Positions 46,601-55,408 of a stretch of 64,000 nucleotides of DNA are shown here, one piece after another. Position numbers and translations under genes: made by a program. The DNA is from a virus. The stretch's first letter is position 1; each line of letters opens with the position of its first letter. Below the pieces are notes generated by a model. The model was given only the letters and a program-made list of their open reading frames with translations, had not been told where the DNA came from and searched no databases. The DNA is taken from positions 4,373-68,372 of IMG/VR virus record IMGVR_UViG_3300046796_000243. One strand, written 5' to 3'.

Positions 46601-48103
46601 CACGGCTCGATCCCGGTCTACGACTTCGCGATTGGGCTGACGCATATCCTGAAGAAGAGCAAGGATTTCCAGGAGTGGATGATCGCGGGTGGTGCCAACG
46701 CCAATCTGGTGTCGATGGACCGCGCCATGCTGCACACTGACCCGATGACGCTGCGGGTGGCCAACAAGGTGGTGAACCCCAGGCAGTGGCTCAAGATGCT
46801 GCAGGACGTCTCCGAGCTGTCGGAGAACGCGACCCGCATGGGCGTGTACTCGCGGGCCAGGGGCAAGGGCATCAGCCAGGGCGAATCCGCGTTCTCGTCC
46901 CGCGAGGCCACGCTCGACTTCGCCCGGCTGGGCGCGTCCCCCGTAGCCCGCGCCCTCAACTCCACCATCCCGTTCTTCAACGCCCAGGTCGAGGGCGTCG
47001 ACCAGGCCGCGCGCGCGTTCCGCGACAACAAGCTGGGCTTCCTGACCAAGGCCGGTGTCGGCATCACGCTGCCGTCGGTGTTGCTGTGGTTCAAGAACCA
47101 GGGCGACGAGCGGGTCAAGGAGCTGCCGGCGTGGCAGAAGGATCTGTTCTGGATCGTGCCTGGAGCCGACAAGTGGGTGCCGATGTCGGGGCAGGACGCT
47201 GCCAGGTGGGAGGGCAAGGATCTCTCCAAGCTAACCCACACCGTGCGCCAGGGGCCGAATGGGCTGGAGCGCAACGATGCCACGATCTGGCGGGTGCCGA
47301 AGCCGTTCGAGGTTGGCGTGCTGTTCGGTTCGGTGCCGGAGCGGCTGCTGGATGCCTATTACGATCACAACCCGAATGCCTTCAAGAACCTGGGCAGCAC
47401 CATGATGCAAGCCTTGACCCCGAGCGTGGTGCCGCAGGCGGTGCTGCCGGTTGGCGAGCAGTGGGCCAACAAGTCGCTGTTCCTGGACCGTTCGCTGCTG
47501 ACCGAAGAACAGAAGAAAAAATCGCCGTCCCAGCAATATGGCCCGTACACCAGCGAGACGGCGAAGGCGATCGGCAGCGTCGTCCGCACCGTGGCCGGCG
47601 AGAAGACCTCGTTCGGCTCGCCGATCATGATCGACAACTACATCCGGCAGTGGACCGGGGGCTTAGGCAAGCACGTCGTCGACCTGATCGACATGGGGAT
47701 CAAGTCGCAGCAGGACCGGCCGCCGGAGCCGTCCAAGGGCCTGGCCGACATGCCCGGCATCAAGGCGTTCGTGGCGCGCTTCCCGAGCCAGAGCGCGCAG
47801 TCGATCCAGGACTTCTACGACACCCGCACCGACCGCAAGATGAACGCGGCCGATATCAAGGCCCTGCAGAAGACCGACCCGGCAGGCGCTGCGGAGCGCA
47901 GAAGCAAATCCGACACCTACACCGGCGACACGTTCGCCAAGCAGCTGAAGGCCGACCGGGATGCCATCAAGCGGATCGCTGCCGACAAGAACATGTCCCC
48001 GGACGACAAGCGCGCGGCCATGGACCTGACCTATCTGTTGATGATCGAACACGCCAAGGCGGGAAATGCCGCGTTCGAGCGCAACAAGCGGAGGGCGCCA
48101 TAA
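40691..48103 (+). CDS. giant internal virion protein with C-terminal LPD38-like domain
   Basis: 2470 aa; N-terminal Gly-zipper/TM-like segment; YVPFYR, RN..RD, IPFFNAQVEG, RVPKPFEVG. Confidence 0.85.
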   Translation: MDPEDENEEVPEVAPDPEPTPPPRAPPPEPEPEPEQPPPAATAAAPGAPRRVLYEDPDETGPKRVLYEDPDEGAFTAFAREIAHGVGPAAGGAILGAGTGAVAGAFTANPIGIGAAAIGGAIAGGYGVDVAQEAGLRALGAPEDAAIRRANEAAHPWATYGGKFLSNAAGGAAGFGRAAISGGARLLGGGIGAAWETGVAINEKKSFKEALPGVLSSAAGGATFAGERPWTRGAQRAAVAARPYYTRPPPPPPPPAPPPPVTQPGVRNRDWTGPPQDVPQATGFQQGQLPGIGDVQPSLPGMESQPPPMPGQQPRLPGEHEPGLPFERSTIDAEGQYGFDITAPDPRNASRNGMPPTSGVSGTPAPPAAGVQPRSNTGYAKEGSFPEARPWANEREERPHSVVGQGIMAAADEVPPRAASGINVIQAGQIDPDLALAHGSIPRTKVEPNAPQRPPPGPPGPPQPPRAPAPPIERRGVQNPDWQGPPAPIPRNQQVMVRPPDTTQGVLVEPPVRPDRVRLYRTDPQAPRAFTTDRAAAQQFGPLRHVDVNRGELAAQFRPGRDQGSYVAHPIWEHPAYQRRVQPTMQPRTQPTQRRWPPPESPHGPPPPPAPPPRGGGPGPAGQPPGGPRMADPRLDAAVARAVGAPPSGGTPRGPRRAAPATPAPSQPFASRGLPQYSREQANALVNRRDVLNREAAIQGMTPEALRAKAMEIVRSHESQPAPPPAPKRPINLPDDAANYQSAPPWAQPDPNPPQAAKVDKVEASVQRSRKKSDKVNAREAAREAASPQPPRGRGKVDVEARKAKNDEFSKWLDEEAKKPGSKAEEFRKLADKEVEVSRDGMSKEEWNRRNELLDDLNAEFEQRKPAAKPAEVDHAALAQARHEAAGKLQEEARAIPEYKTKGKGKNIGEMFPEEFDEFSSKNPTHPGIEKRYEREDTPGTWEQRVRDAYDERKHDLAAMVAARAEPQFKEYHDLQAKPNKTRAEFDRLNALHDQISARADEIANEKPIAKSRKAKAEPAAPPREKPPRETAPKKFGVAPELAEAAIATSKAKAAAGIKPADAGPRSLLQHIQKLGGIKPDDKGELAAAFGGKKSGMYLAIARKNGIPLDRVVENVARGAPEERYLHEGAGIRDLLDALKGSRDHYPAGEEAHVPKSKQERYAEENRAYNDKQVDEFLADPKRDLADFKEGDRQRMYDLMDTGDYADPAAAYKKLVEERGAGKEPDTRAQIEKDIDAWVESPDHDYYDPGMRDRMVELLEKGDAKDPADAHAKAVEEWDVKQREFEGDIGPPKEITPPPEKSVDNKLQEVIPGAGKDMKTAAQRAADAPLKPTQAQKGSDFGMFADKQNDMFDAPPKPKEEPKAAANEVPEGFKVFERDGKWITESIEGRWEIASKTQAEAIKEAHDTVKSLEKLKGGKPARASAIEAAAEKHGGLAKATEALEGRLAERVKAIEEGTAKPASFPGAQRLAMTRKDMDATRAAAKNNKPQVIATDKFGNEAKFTGATVHEAAVFARAAGYKPDQIKLLSGAPYVPPKAAAPAAPTPPAAAPPAGGGRPPPPAAPPPAGGTPTPPPQGPAGSVEAARASILSHVAKEVPWYKKIPTSKAEAKALWRTFYTQAKNAMDPFDQARKTIERETGQRLSEADDFAQLARLTKGLGGRFKQLMQYGTYDIDTGKVNGKGLDEVLKPVNDDPNGFTAYAMSKRVIELEGRGIKTGMNLAEANQVAAADAAKFEPVFRDLHAFQDRVLQNMVRSGILSDAAAAKMRQMNKEYVPFYRMLDPSSELGQQLGSGLQTRNPIFRIKGSDKDVFDPITSIIKNTYVFTDLAHRNQVITAMKRANDLMPADKQFMVRDRSSHPIEVQPQEIQKFLDAHGIEGFADDAMTIFRPNAFRPADDKIRLYNNGKAEVYTVPKDIGTAVNALDSQSMGLFLKIAATPASLLRAGAVFSPEFIVRNPLRDLLSAFIQAKHGSIPVYDFAIGLTHILKKSKDFQEWMIAGGANANLVSMDRAMLHTDPMTLRVANKVVNPRQWLKMLQDVSELSENATRMGVYSRARGKGISQGESAFSSREATLDFARLGASPVARALNSTIPFFNAQVEGVDQAARAFRDNKLGFLTKAGVGITLPSVLLWFKNQGDERVKELPAWQKDLFWIVPGADKWVPMSGQDAARWEGKDLSKLTHTVRQGPNGLERNDATIWRVPKPFEVGVLFGSVPERLLDAYYDHNPNAFKNLGSTMMQALTPSVVPQAVLPVGEQWANKSLFLDRSLLTEEQKKKSPSQQYGPYTSETAKAIGSVVRTVAGEKTSFGSPIMIDNYIRQWTGGLGKHVVDLIDMGIKSQQDRPPEPSKGLADMPGIKAFVARFPSQSAQSIQDFYDTRTDRKMNAADIKALQKTDPAGAAERRSKSDTYTGDTFAKQLKADRDAIKRIAADKNMSPDDKRAAMDLTYLLMIEHAKAGNAAFERNKRRAP

Positions 48104-48255
48104 TGCCACTGGACAAGACAGGATCGCGGGCCTCGATCGGCCGCAACATCAAGACCGAAATCGCCGCTGGCAAGCCACGCAAGCAGGCGGTAGCCATTGC
48201 ACTCGACACGGCCAGGCGCGCAGGCGCGAAGATACCGAAGAAGGGAAAGAAGTGA
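48103..48255 (+). CDS. small basic protein (DUF6496-like)
   Basis: NIKTE..AGKPRKQAVAIAL..AR motif. Confidence 0.75.
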   Translation: MPLDKTGSRASIGRNIKTEIAAGKPRKQAVAIALDTARRAGAKIPKKGKK

Positions 48256-48488
48256 TGACCTACACCAAGGGCACCGGCGCGGTTAGCGCCAAATACGCGA
48301 TGGGCGGGGCGTGTCTCCATGACACGCGGTCTAAATTCATGAAGACGCCGAATCAGTTCACCTCGCGCAAGGAAGCCACCAAAAACCCGGAGGTCGAGCA
48401 GGACTACGGCAAGACCGGCAAGGGTGGCACCCTGTCCAAGACCGAAGGCGAATCCAAGAAGCAGCCGGTGATCAAACCTCGAACATAG
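48255..48488 (+). CDS. small basic putative virion protein
   Basis: Coupled start; YAMGG motif. Confidence 0.65.
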   Translation: MTYTKGTGAVSAKYAMGGACLHDTRSKFMKTPNQFTSRKEATKNPEVEQDYGKTGKGGTLSKTEGESKKQPVIKPRT

Positions 48489-48873
48489 ACTTGCGCGAAC
48501 GCTTCGGGGGTCGCGGTGGCGGCGGCAACGCCAAAATCGTATCGGCGTAAGGCGATTTGCGCATCACCTTTTGCGGAAACCCGGATTCGCCGTTGCGGGT
48601 GTCCGGCCCCCGCACGATCAGGTTCTTGCGCTCCAGGGCACACGGCCGCGCCGTGATGCTGGAGTAGGGTAGATAAGGGTGGTCACGCAGCAGATCGTCG
48701 GCGATGCAGCCATTTGCGTCGTAGGTACAGATGGCTTCAAACACCATTTTCTCCAGCTTGCCGGTCCTGACACCATAAGCTGCGACAATGGAGGTAGACG
48801 GTCCCTCCCGCCGATGCAGCATGTATGGTTCCGTCCCGAATATCCCGTAATCCTGGTTATCCTTCCTGCTCAT
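48472..48873 (-). CDS. winged-HTH DNA-binding protein
   Basis: P.TS..AA...SSITAR...LERKNLI...DTR...SG pattern. Confidence 0.7.
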   Translation of the reverse strand: MSRKDNQDYGIFGTEPYMLHRREGPSTSIVAAYGVRTGKLEKMVFEAICTYDANGCIADDLLRDHPYLPYSSITARPCALERKNLIVRGPDTRNGESGFPQKVMRKSPYADTILALPPPPRPPKRSRKSMFEV

Positions 48874-48877
48874 CGTC

Positions 48878-51814
48878 CTACTCCTTGGTTAAACCTCGCG
48901 CTTCCAGCATGTGGGACAGCACATGCGGCCGTCCCGGCGGGATGAAAATCTCGATGCAGTTCTCCTGTGCCTGGGAATGCACGGTACCCGCACCCAGCGT
49001 GTGCCGGATCTCCTTGGCAGCGAAGTAGCTCTCCAGCCCGCCGAAGATCTGGCGAACCTGGATCTCGCGCTTGTGCAGGAAGTCGCGCATCTCGCGCTTG
49101 CTGAATACGATCTTGCGCTCGTCGCGCGCGATCTGCACCACGATCGGATGGCCCTTTTCAGGAGGGTGCAGCACATCGATGATCTGGTGGCGGTGATGAA
49201 AGAACTTGTCGACATAGAGCGCGTTGCCACTACCTACGAAGTGGTTCAGGAACGCCACCAGCCCGCCTTCGGTGTTCGCGTAGCTGCCGCCTTCGGTGCC
49301 TTCGGAGCCGCGGATGGTGCGGTTGTGGATGAAGGCTTTTTCCAGGAACGCTTCCATGGCGTCGATGTCGAGTTCGGCACCCAGCTTGTTGGCGAGCATG
49401 GCCCCGGCCAGGACAACGCCGCAGGTGCCCCACCAGTAGGCCTCGTCCCCGGTGCCGTCGACCTTCTCGCAAAACGCCTTCATGATCTTGGTGACCATGA
49501 TGTAAATCGCGGCGTGTTCCTTGGCCAGCAGCCGGGAATACTCGACACCCATCTGGCCGTAATTGTGCTCCAGCTCGCCGAAGATGTTGCCGGCGGTCAC
49601 CGCGTTGATCATCCCAGGCTCGTCGAGCTTCTTGTTGAACTCGATCTCGAACACCCGACGCATGCCGGCGGTGGTGCTCTTCTGCTTGCGGGTCAGGTAC
49701 TCGACGAACGATGCGTTGGAGCAAGCCACCAAGAGCGTCTGCCACTCCAGGCGTTCCTTCATGGTGGCGTCGGTGTTGAGCCGGCCACCCTCTGCTCCTT
49801 GCGTGGCCACAAACATGGTCTGGAACAGGGCGTCCTGGTGCCGTTCGTCCTGGATGTCGTCCCAGTAGGCGGCGAGGTTGCGGCACAGGCCCAGCCTGCG
49901 CTGCACGCTCTTCGGTGTACTATTCAGACTCTCGCGGGTCTGCTTGGGATGACCCCAAATCGCGGCAGCTACCTGCTGGGCGGTGGACTTCGAGGTGCCG
50001 GGATCGCCCCAGATCGACAGGATGCAGCCATACAGCGTTCCGGCGAACGTCATCAGCGGGGCGGCGAAGCCGACCGCGATGATGATGTCCAGCTCCGGCC
50101 GCTTGCGGTCCGTCAGCAGCTTGGCGGCCAGCAGCCAGGCATCCTTGCTGCCGACCGGCATGTACCAGGAGCGGAAGTCGCTGTCGGATGCAGCCAATAG
50201 CGGCACGTCGCGGCCGTCGGAGTGGTAGAGCGTATTGCCGTAGACGAAGCCGATCCGCTTGTTGTCCTCGTAGCGCCAGCCCATCGTGCCGCTATCGCGG
50301 CTGGCGACGTGGGCCTTCATCAACTTCTCCAGCCAGGACGGCGCGAACAGGTCCGACAAGATAGCCTTCGCCTCCTTGTGTCCGTTGAACAGCACCGCGT
50401 GCTTGGGCAGGAAGGCGAGCAGTGCGTGCCCATAGCAATTGGAGGCACTCATGAACACCTCCGCGGTGCCGTTCAGATCGGTATTGGCAATGAACCCAAT
50501 ACCAAAATCCCCATCCTTGTGCTGCAGCGACGGCGCGCGGATGATGGTCTTGAGCAAGACCACCAGGCGCGCGGAATGAATAACTTTTCCTACTTTCTTG
50601 GCGCGAACGACAGCGCAGATGCGCCCCTCCAGGTCTACGCAGTAGCCCTCCGGGAGCTGAAGGTCTTCCGGGCGGATACCGCCGAGAGCTTTGATGTCTT
50701 GGTCGACTTGGCCCGCCCTTGCGGCTGCAAGGCCGAGGTTAACCGGGGACTTTTCTTTGACGCGGTGAGGGCAGGCTGCGCAGTGCGTGCTGCCCGCGCT
50801 TTCGATGGTTTTGCATTGCGGCCAGCCGAGCTTTTTTGCTTTCCGCTCAACGCCTTTCCTTTCCCAGAGTTCTTCCGTTTTTTCGAAGATGTAGGTTTGG
50901 TGCTTGTCCGCGAACTTGTGCGCAAGGTCATGTCCATTCTCCAAAAAATGAGCGATCAGAGTTGTAAGGTTCCAGAGATTATTGTCAAATGCAGCACCCC
51001 CCGTCTCATAGGCCTCACGCAGGAAGCCACATTCGGCCATGATGGGTTCGAACGGCAGCGGGGGGAGTTCCTCCAGCAGGTCGCCAGCCATCGGCTTGAC
51101 CGGCTGACCCTTGAATTCCGGGGCGATGTTGAGTTTGCCGAGGCCACCGCCGCCGCCAACGACCGTCAACTTCGGGTGATTCAGCAGCTTCTTGAACACT
51201 TCGGCGAAATCGTGCTTGGTGCCTGGGCTGTAATTGGGCGGCAGCATGCGGACCGTCCGCGGCGCGCCGTACTTCCAGTTGCTGGTACCGGGTACGCGCA
51301 GCACCCGTGCGGCATCCCCGGTACACTGGCGGTCAAACTTGATCCCGGCCCTGATGGCGGCGTGCTTGACCGCGTCAGCGTAGAGCTGCCACTCCTCGAC
51401 CGGCAGCACCCGGTCCGACAGCCAGTAGACGTGCAGGCCGCCGCCGGTCACCACCATGTAAGACGGCCGCGGAATGCCGACCAGCAGGCAGAACTCGAAG
51501 ATCGCGACAATGGCTTCCGGTACCGAGTGGTAGTGCTTGGGGCTACCGGGCTTGATATCCGAATCCATGGGGAGGCAGACCAACCCCATAGCATGGTCGC
51601 GATCGCGCTGGCCGTTGTTACGACTCTGGTGCGATATGCAGTAGTAGATGTTGTCCTGGGTCTTGTCCGCGAGATCGGTAACGAACGCCAGGGCCGCGTC
51701 GAGCGTCTTGAAGGACCGTCCGCGGAAGTTACTCCCCGGACGGTGCCAGTGTATCGTGACGTAACCCCCCAGATTCCAGGGGACTACGTTTTCCAGAAAT
51801 CCCCTGACGTCCAT
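48878..51814 (-). CDS. primase-helicase (RepB-like primase plus DUF927/AAA)
   Basis: DSD, TGGGLHVYW, ARVLRVPGT; Cys cluster; GDPGTSKST Walker A-like. Confidence 0.88.
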   Translation of the reverse strand: MDVRGFLENVVPWNLGGYVTIHWHRPGSNFRGRSFKTLDAALAFVTDLADKTQDNIYYCISHQSRNNGQRDRDHAMGLVCLPMDSDIKPGSPKHYHSVPEAIVAIFEFCLLVGIPRPSYMVVTGGGLHVYWLSDRVLPVEEWQLYADAVKHAAIRAGIKFDRQCTGDAARVLRVPGTSNWKYGAPRTVRMLPPNYSPGTKHDFAEVFKKLLNHPKLTVVGGGGGLGKLNIAPEFKGQPVKPMAGDLLEELPPLPFEPIMAECGFLREAYETGGAAFDNNLWNLTTLIAHFLENGHDLAHKFADKHQTYIFEKTEELWERKGVERKAKKLGWPQCKTIESAGSTHCAACPHRVKEKSPVNLGLAAARAGQVDQDIKALGGIRPEDLQLPEGYCVDLEGRICAVVRAKKVGKVIHSARLVVLLKTIIRAPSLQHKDGDFGIGFIANTDLNGTAEVFMSASNCYGHALLAFLPKHAVLFNGHKEAKAILSDLFAPSWLEKLMKAHVASRDSGTMGWRYEDNKRIGFVYGNTLYHSDGRDVPLLAASDSDFRSWYMPVGSKDAWLLAAKLLTDRKRPELDIIIAVGFAAPLMTFAGTLYGCILSIWGDPGTSKSTAQQVAAAIWGHPKQTRESLNSTPKSVQRRLGLCRNLAAYWDDIQDERHQDALFQTMFVATQGAEGGRLNTDATMKERLEWQTLLVACSNASFVEYLTRKQKSTTAGMRRVFEIEFNKKLDEPGMINAVTAGNIFGELEHNYGQMGVEYSRLLAKEHAAIYIMVTKIMKAFCEKVDGTGDEAYWWGTCGVVLAGAMLANKLGAELDIDAMEAFLEKAFIHNRTIRGSEGTEGGSYANTEGGLVAFLNHFVGSGNALYVDKFFHHRHQIIDVLHPPEKGHPIVVQIARDERKIVFSKREMRDFLHKREIQVRQIFGGLESYFAAKEIRHTLGAGTVHSQAQENCIEIFIPPGRPHVLSHMLEARGLTKE

Positions 51815-51824
51815 GGGTTGAAGA

Positions 51825-52823
51825 CTACTTGAGCATGTTGTTCGTCTTGTTCATCAGCTTCTGCACCGTCGCGTCAAGATCGGTGTCGCTCTCTTCCCAA
51901 GGTTCGTCACCATCCTCCGTTTCCGGTGACTCCGGCGGTGGTGCCGCCAGTTCCGGTTCCGCTTCGATCACGGTTTCGATCTTCTTGGCGCGGGTCTTCT
52001 TCGGCGGGGGGATTACCTCCACCTCATCGTCGTCTTCATCCGCCTCCCCGAAAGCATCCATCAAGCCGGTTTCGATCCGCTGTTGGGGCGGGGCCTGGCG
52101 TGACGGGAGCTGGCGAAGGTTCGACGTCTCGCCAATGATGATCTTGGTCTGCGGGTCTTCGGTGAGCTGCAGCACGCGCGGGGCTTCCTTGGCAGTCAGG
52201 GCCTGCACGGTTTCGAAATGCATCTCGAACTGCTTGCCGTCCACGAACGACACGCGGGTAACCACCGCGTGGGGCTGAATGCCGGCGGCCACGAACATGT
52301 CGTCGTACTTCTTGAACGTCTTGAAGCTGCCGGGCGGGATCTTGAAGAACACCGGCTCCAGCAACGGTGCCGGCAACAGCTTCTTGGTCATGTCCGGCAT
52401 CAGCAGGATTGCCACCCGCTTGTGCTCCTGGCACTCGGGCTTGCTGCTGCCGTCAGGTTTCACGGACCACTGACTGCGCGGGCAGGCCGCGCAGGTCTTG
52501 GACTGCGGAATGCTGACGCCGGGATCCGGCACGTCGCCCTTGAGCGAGGCGCAGATCGGCCCGGAAGCGTTGTCCTCGTCCCACGCGGGGAAATATATCC
52601 GGGACTTTTTCTCGGCGCCGCCCAGGATGACGAAATCGACGTAAGGCAGGTTGTAGCCCTTGTCGTCCTTGATCGGGTAGGACTTGCCGCCCAGGTTCAG
52701 ATTCCACATCTTGCCCTTGCAGCGGAGCGATGCGAAGCCGGACGAGAGATCGGCCGCCATCGACTTGACCGGACCGCCGGTCTTGAATGCATCGGCAATC
52801 TTGAATTTTGAGAGATCGCTCAT
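51825..52823 (-). CDS. ssDNA-binding/annealing-like protein
   Basis: P.C.S..G..P...CAACP..QW..C motif, acidic C-terminal tail. Confidence 0.65.
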   Translation of the reverse strand: MSDLSKFKIADAFKTGGPVKSMAADLSSGFASLRCKGKMWNLNLGGKSYPIKDDKGYNLPYVDFVILGGAEKKSRIYFPAWDEDNASGPICASLKGDVPDPGVSIPQSKTCAACPRSQWSVKPDGSSKPECQEHKRVAILLMPDMTKKLLPAPLLEPVFFKIPPGSFKTFKKYDDMFVAAGIQPHAVVTRVSFVDGKQFEMHFETVQALTAKEAPRVLQLTEDPQTKIIIGETSNLRQLPSRQAPPQQRIETGLMDAFGEADEDDDEVEVIPPPKKTRAKKIETVIEAEPELAAPPPESPETEDGDEPWEESDTDLDATVQKLMNKTNNMLK

Positions 52824-53248
52824 GACTTGGTAACTCCTATTGTCCTTCTGGAATTGATTTTGACGCCCGGTGGCAGGCTGCCGTGTTCTTCGGCGTAGGC
52901 CAGGCACGCAGTCGGATTGGCAACCCGGTTCATCAGTTCATAGGCGTCGTTCTCGCGCACGAACTCCATGAAGGCATCGGGATCGCTCAGGGGCGAAGTA
53001 GATTTGACAAGGGCGGTCACCAGGCCGAACGCGGTCCTGGCGCTCTTCAGGTGATTCTTGTCGAGGAACTCCAGCAGCTCGCCGGCCAACTTTTCCTTGG
53101 TCAGCTTATGCTCCTTGAGTTCGTCAGCCTGTCTCTTCTCGATCCGCTCGATCTCGCCGCGGATCCAGATATATTGCTCCACTCGCTTGTCGATGTGGTC
53201 GGTGGTGTTCTCGACCACCAGTTTAGGTTTCGGCATAGTCTTCTCCAT
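52820..53248 (-). CDS. conserved phage replication-module protein
   Basis: Coiled coil...D.DAF..FV...LPPGV. Confidence 0.7.
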   Translation of the reverse strand: MEKTMPKPKLVVENTTDHIDKRVEQYIWIRGEIERIEKRQADELKEHKLTKEKLAGELLEFLDKNHLKSARTAFGLVTALVKSTSPLSDPDAFMEFVRENDAYELMNRVANPTACLAYAEEHGSLPPGVKINSRRTIGVTKS

Positions 53249-54797
53249 TTGCCATAGAGGTTTTGATCATTTCGAGGAACGCATCTTGCGTGCGCTGCTT
53301 GGAACGCAACATCTGATAGACCTTGCGTTCGATTGGTGAAGATTGCAGATGCAGGAATAGCTGTTTGTGTTGCTGTCCGACCCTCCTTATGCGTGCGTTG
53401 GCTTGTTCGTAGATGTCGAGGCTATACGTCGGCGAGTACCAGATGATCGTGGTCGCGGCGGTGAGTGTCAGGCCGTGATGCACGCATCCGGGGTGCGCGA
53501 GCAGTACACGGTATTTGTTTGTGTTTTGGAATGCATTAAAAATCGTTTCACGTTTTTTTACATCTCCATGCACCACGGCATGGTCGAGCGGTTCCTTCAA
53601 ACCATCGAACAGTGCGCTCAATCCGTCGATCAAATGCCTCCAGGGTGCGAACACGATCACTTTGTGCGGGGCCTCCGCGATCATTTCCAACAACATCTGC
53701 TGCCTGGGTTCGGAGTCCAACACCACATGTAGCGGGTTGTCGTAATAGACGTAGCCGGCGCCGACCTGCAGCAGCTTGCCGGTGGCGACCGCGGCATTGG
53801 CGGCGGTGATCACCTTGTCCTTCACCAGCATGGCGAACTCGTTGGCCATCTTGCGGTACTTAAGGGCCTGTTCCCCGGACATCTCGACTTCGACGGTGCG
53901 GTAGATCGCCGGCGGCAGCTCGACCACGTCGTCGAGCGCGAATCGGACTGCCGGCTGCATCCAGGAATACGCCATGTCGATCGCGTCAGTCTTGGGTACC
54001 CATTTGTACTGGTTGACCTGGAGCATCAGCATGGACTTGGCGTGCCGGAAGAACTTCGGCACATTGGCAGGGGTCAGAATCTTGCACTGGTTCCAGACGT
54101 CCGTCGGGGCGTTGGGCATCGGCCTGCCGGTCATGCCCCAGACCCAGGTGAAGCGTTGGGCAAAGTCGCGCATCCGCTTCGAACGCAGCGAGTTGTTCCG
54201 GTAGACCGCCAGCTCGTCGAGAATCAGGGTGTCGATGTCGGTGCGGGCATAGAGTTCGGCGACGATCGACTTCACGCCGTCATGGTTGATGATGTAAGCG
54301 TCGGCATCGCTATCGAGCAGCTTGAGCCGCCGCGCGCGGCTGCCGTGCAGCACCGCGACCTTGATGTCCGGCATGGTGATCAGGAGTTCACGCATCCAGA
54401 CGAACTTCAGCGTACTCAGGGGGGCGACGATTAGGAGCTTTTTGGCCACACCAGCATTATGTAGATACCGCCAGGACCAGAGGGAACTCTTGGTCTTGCC
54501 AGTACCCATGTCATTCAGAATGTAGGCCCGTCGATGAGATGTTGCCAAAACCGCAGTGTTTTTCTGGACTTGGAAGGGGACAGCCCCGTCCGAGGACGCC
54601 CAATCATAGTGAAACAGGATGGGCGCTGGCGCTTCCATGCCCAGGGCACGCAGCTGCATCTGGGTGCGTGGAGTGTGCGGCAGGATGGCGAAGGTCTGGT
54701 TATCGTGATCGATGGTTTTGATGTCCCCGCCGACCAGGCTATCGAGCTTCGGGCTATAGGGGACCAGTAGTTGGCCCGTCGAGCGGGAAACGATCAT
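53223..54797 (-). CDS. SNF2-family helicase
   Basis: DMGTGKT, ILDE, MTGRP, GLTLT, QANARIRRVGQ. Confidence 0.92.
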   Translation of the reverse strand: MIVSRSTGQLLVPYSPKLDSLVGGDIKTIDHDNQTFAILPHTPRTQMQLRALGMEAPAPILFHYDWASSDGAVPFQVQKNTAVLATSHRRAYILNDMGTGKTKSSLWSWRYLHNAGVAKKLLIVAPLSTLKFVWMRELLITMPDIKVAVLHGSRARRLKLLDSDADAYIINHDGVKSIVAELYARTDIDTLILDELAVYRNNSLRSKRMRDFAQRFTWVWGMTGRPMPNAPTDVWNQCKILTPANVPKFFRHAKSMLMLQVNQYKWVPKTDAIDMAYSWMQPAVRFALDDVVELPPAIYRTVEVEMSGEQALKYRKMANEFAMLVKDKVITAANAAVATGKLLQVGAGYVYYDNPLHVVLDSEPRQQMLLEMIAEAPHKVIVFAPWRHLIDGLSALFDGLKEPLDHAVVHGDVKKRETIFNAFQNTNKYRVLLAHPGCVHHGLTLTAATTIIWYSPTYSLDIYEQANARIRRVGQQHKQLFLHLQSSPIERKVYQMLRSKQRTQDAFLEMIKTSMANGEDYAET

Positions 54798-55104
54798 CGA
54801 AGAGGGCACGGGCTTTCTCCACTGTATCAATCACGAAGGTCAGGCCGCCGGCGTTCCGGATCTGCTGTGCCGTTATTCGCTGGCGCAGGGTTGGCTGGCC
54901 GCCTGGTCGCTTGGTTTCTATTGCGAAGTACAGTCCATTGAGACAGCCGTGACAGTCTAGACATGGATTTCCCATGCCCATCTGGACTGGCCAATGGTGG
55001 TAGGCGCCTATTGCGTTAAGGCGCTTCTTGACGGCTTCTTTAACGTGCTTTTCACTTACTCCAGCGATGCCGCCCATTCCTGACGGCGTCGTGCCCATTG
55101 TCAC
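54754..55104 (-). CDS. VRR-NUC nuclease (resolvase-like)
   Basis: EKHVK...D...AIETK..G..PT.RQ...GG; true start probably ~55077. Confidence 0.85.
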   Translation of the reverse strand: MTMGTTPSGMGGIAGVSEKHVKEAVKKRLNAIGAYHHWPVQMGMGNPCLDCHGCLNGLYFAIETKRPGGQPTLRQRITAQQIRNAGGLTFVIDTVEKARALFDDRFPLDGPTTGPL

Positions 55105-55408
55105 TTTTTGTACCCCACCGCAGGTTTTCTAAGTGGTTGTTGGTTATGTCGTCATCCCAATGCAAGCCACAAGCATCATCAGAAGGCGGTGGTCCTACAA
55201 AGGCTTCAAGAATGATTCGGTGAAGAAGTTCGGCTTTCTTGGGTAGTCGTCCTGTCCCCTTGTGACCTTTCGTGTCACCAACTGTGAAATTGACCAGGCT
55301 ACGACCAGTATTGCCAGTACGGGTCTGCATGATGCTGGCAACACGTCCTTTGTTGCTCACAAGGTAGAGTGGATATCCTGGAGCGGGCTTCCAAATCTCT
55401 TCTGTCAT
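55052..55408 (-). CDS. NUMOD4-HNH homing endonuclease
   Basis: EIWKPAPGY..YLVSNKGRV; LHWDDDITNNHLENLRWGT; lower GC. Confidence 0.88.
   Translation of the reverse strand: MTEEIWKPAPGYPLYLVSNKGRVASIMQTRTGNTGRSLVNFTVGDTKGHKGTGRLPKKAELLHRIILEAFVGPPPSDDACGLHWDDDITNNHLENLRWGTKSDNGHDAVRNGRHRWSK

Noticed and set aside
42632-51832. Long antisense or alternate-frame ORFs (e.g. 42632-44908, 45017-46735, 46786-48255, 50222-51832)
   Set aside because: Overlap well-supported genes; stop-poor frames are expected at this GC content
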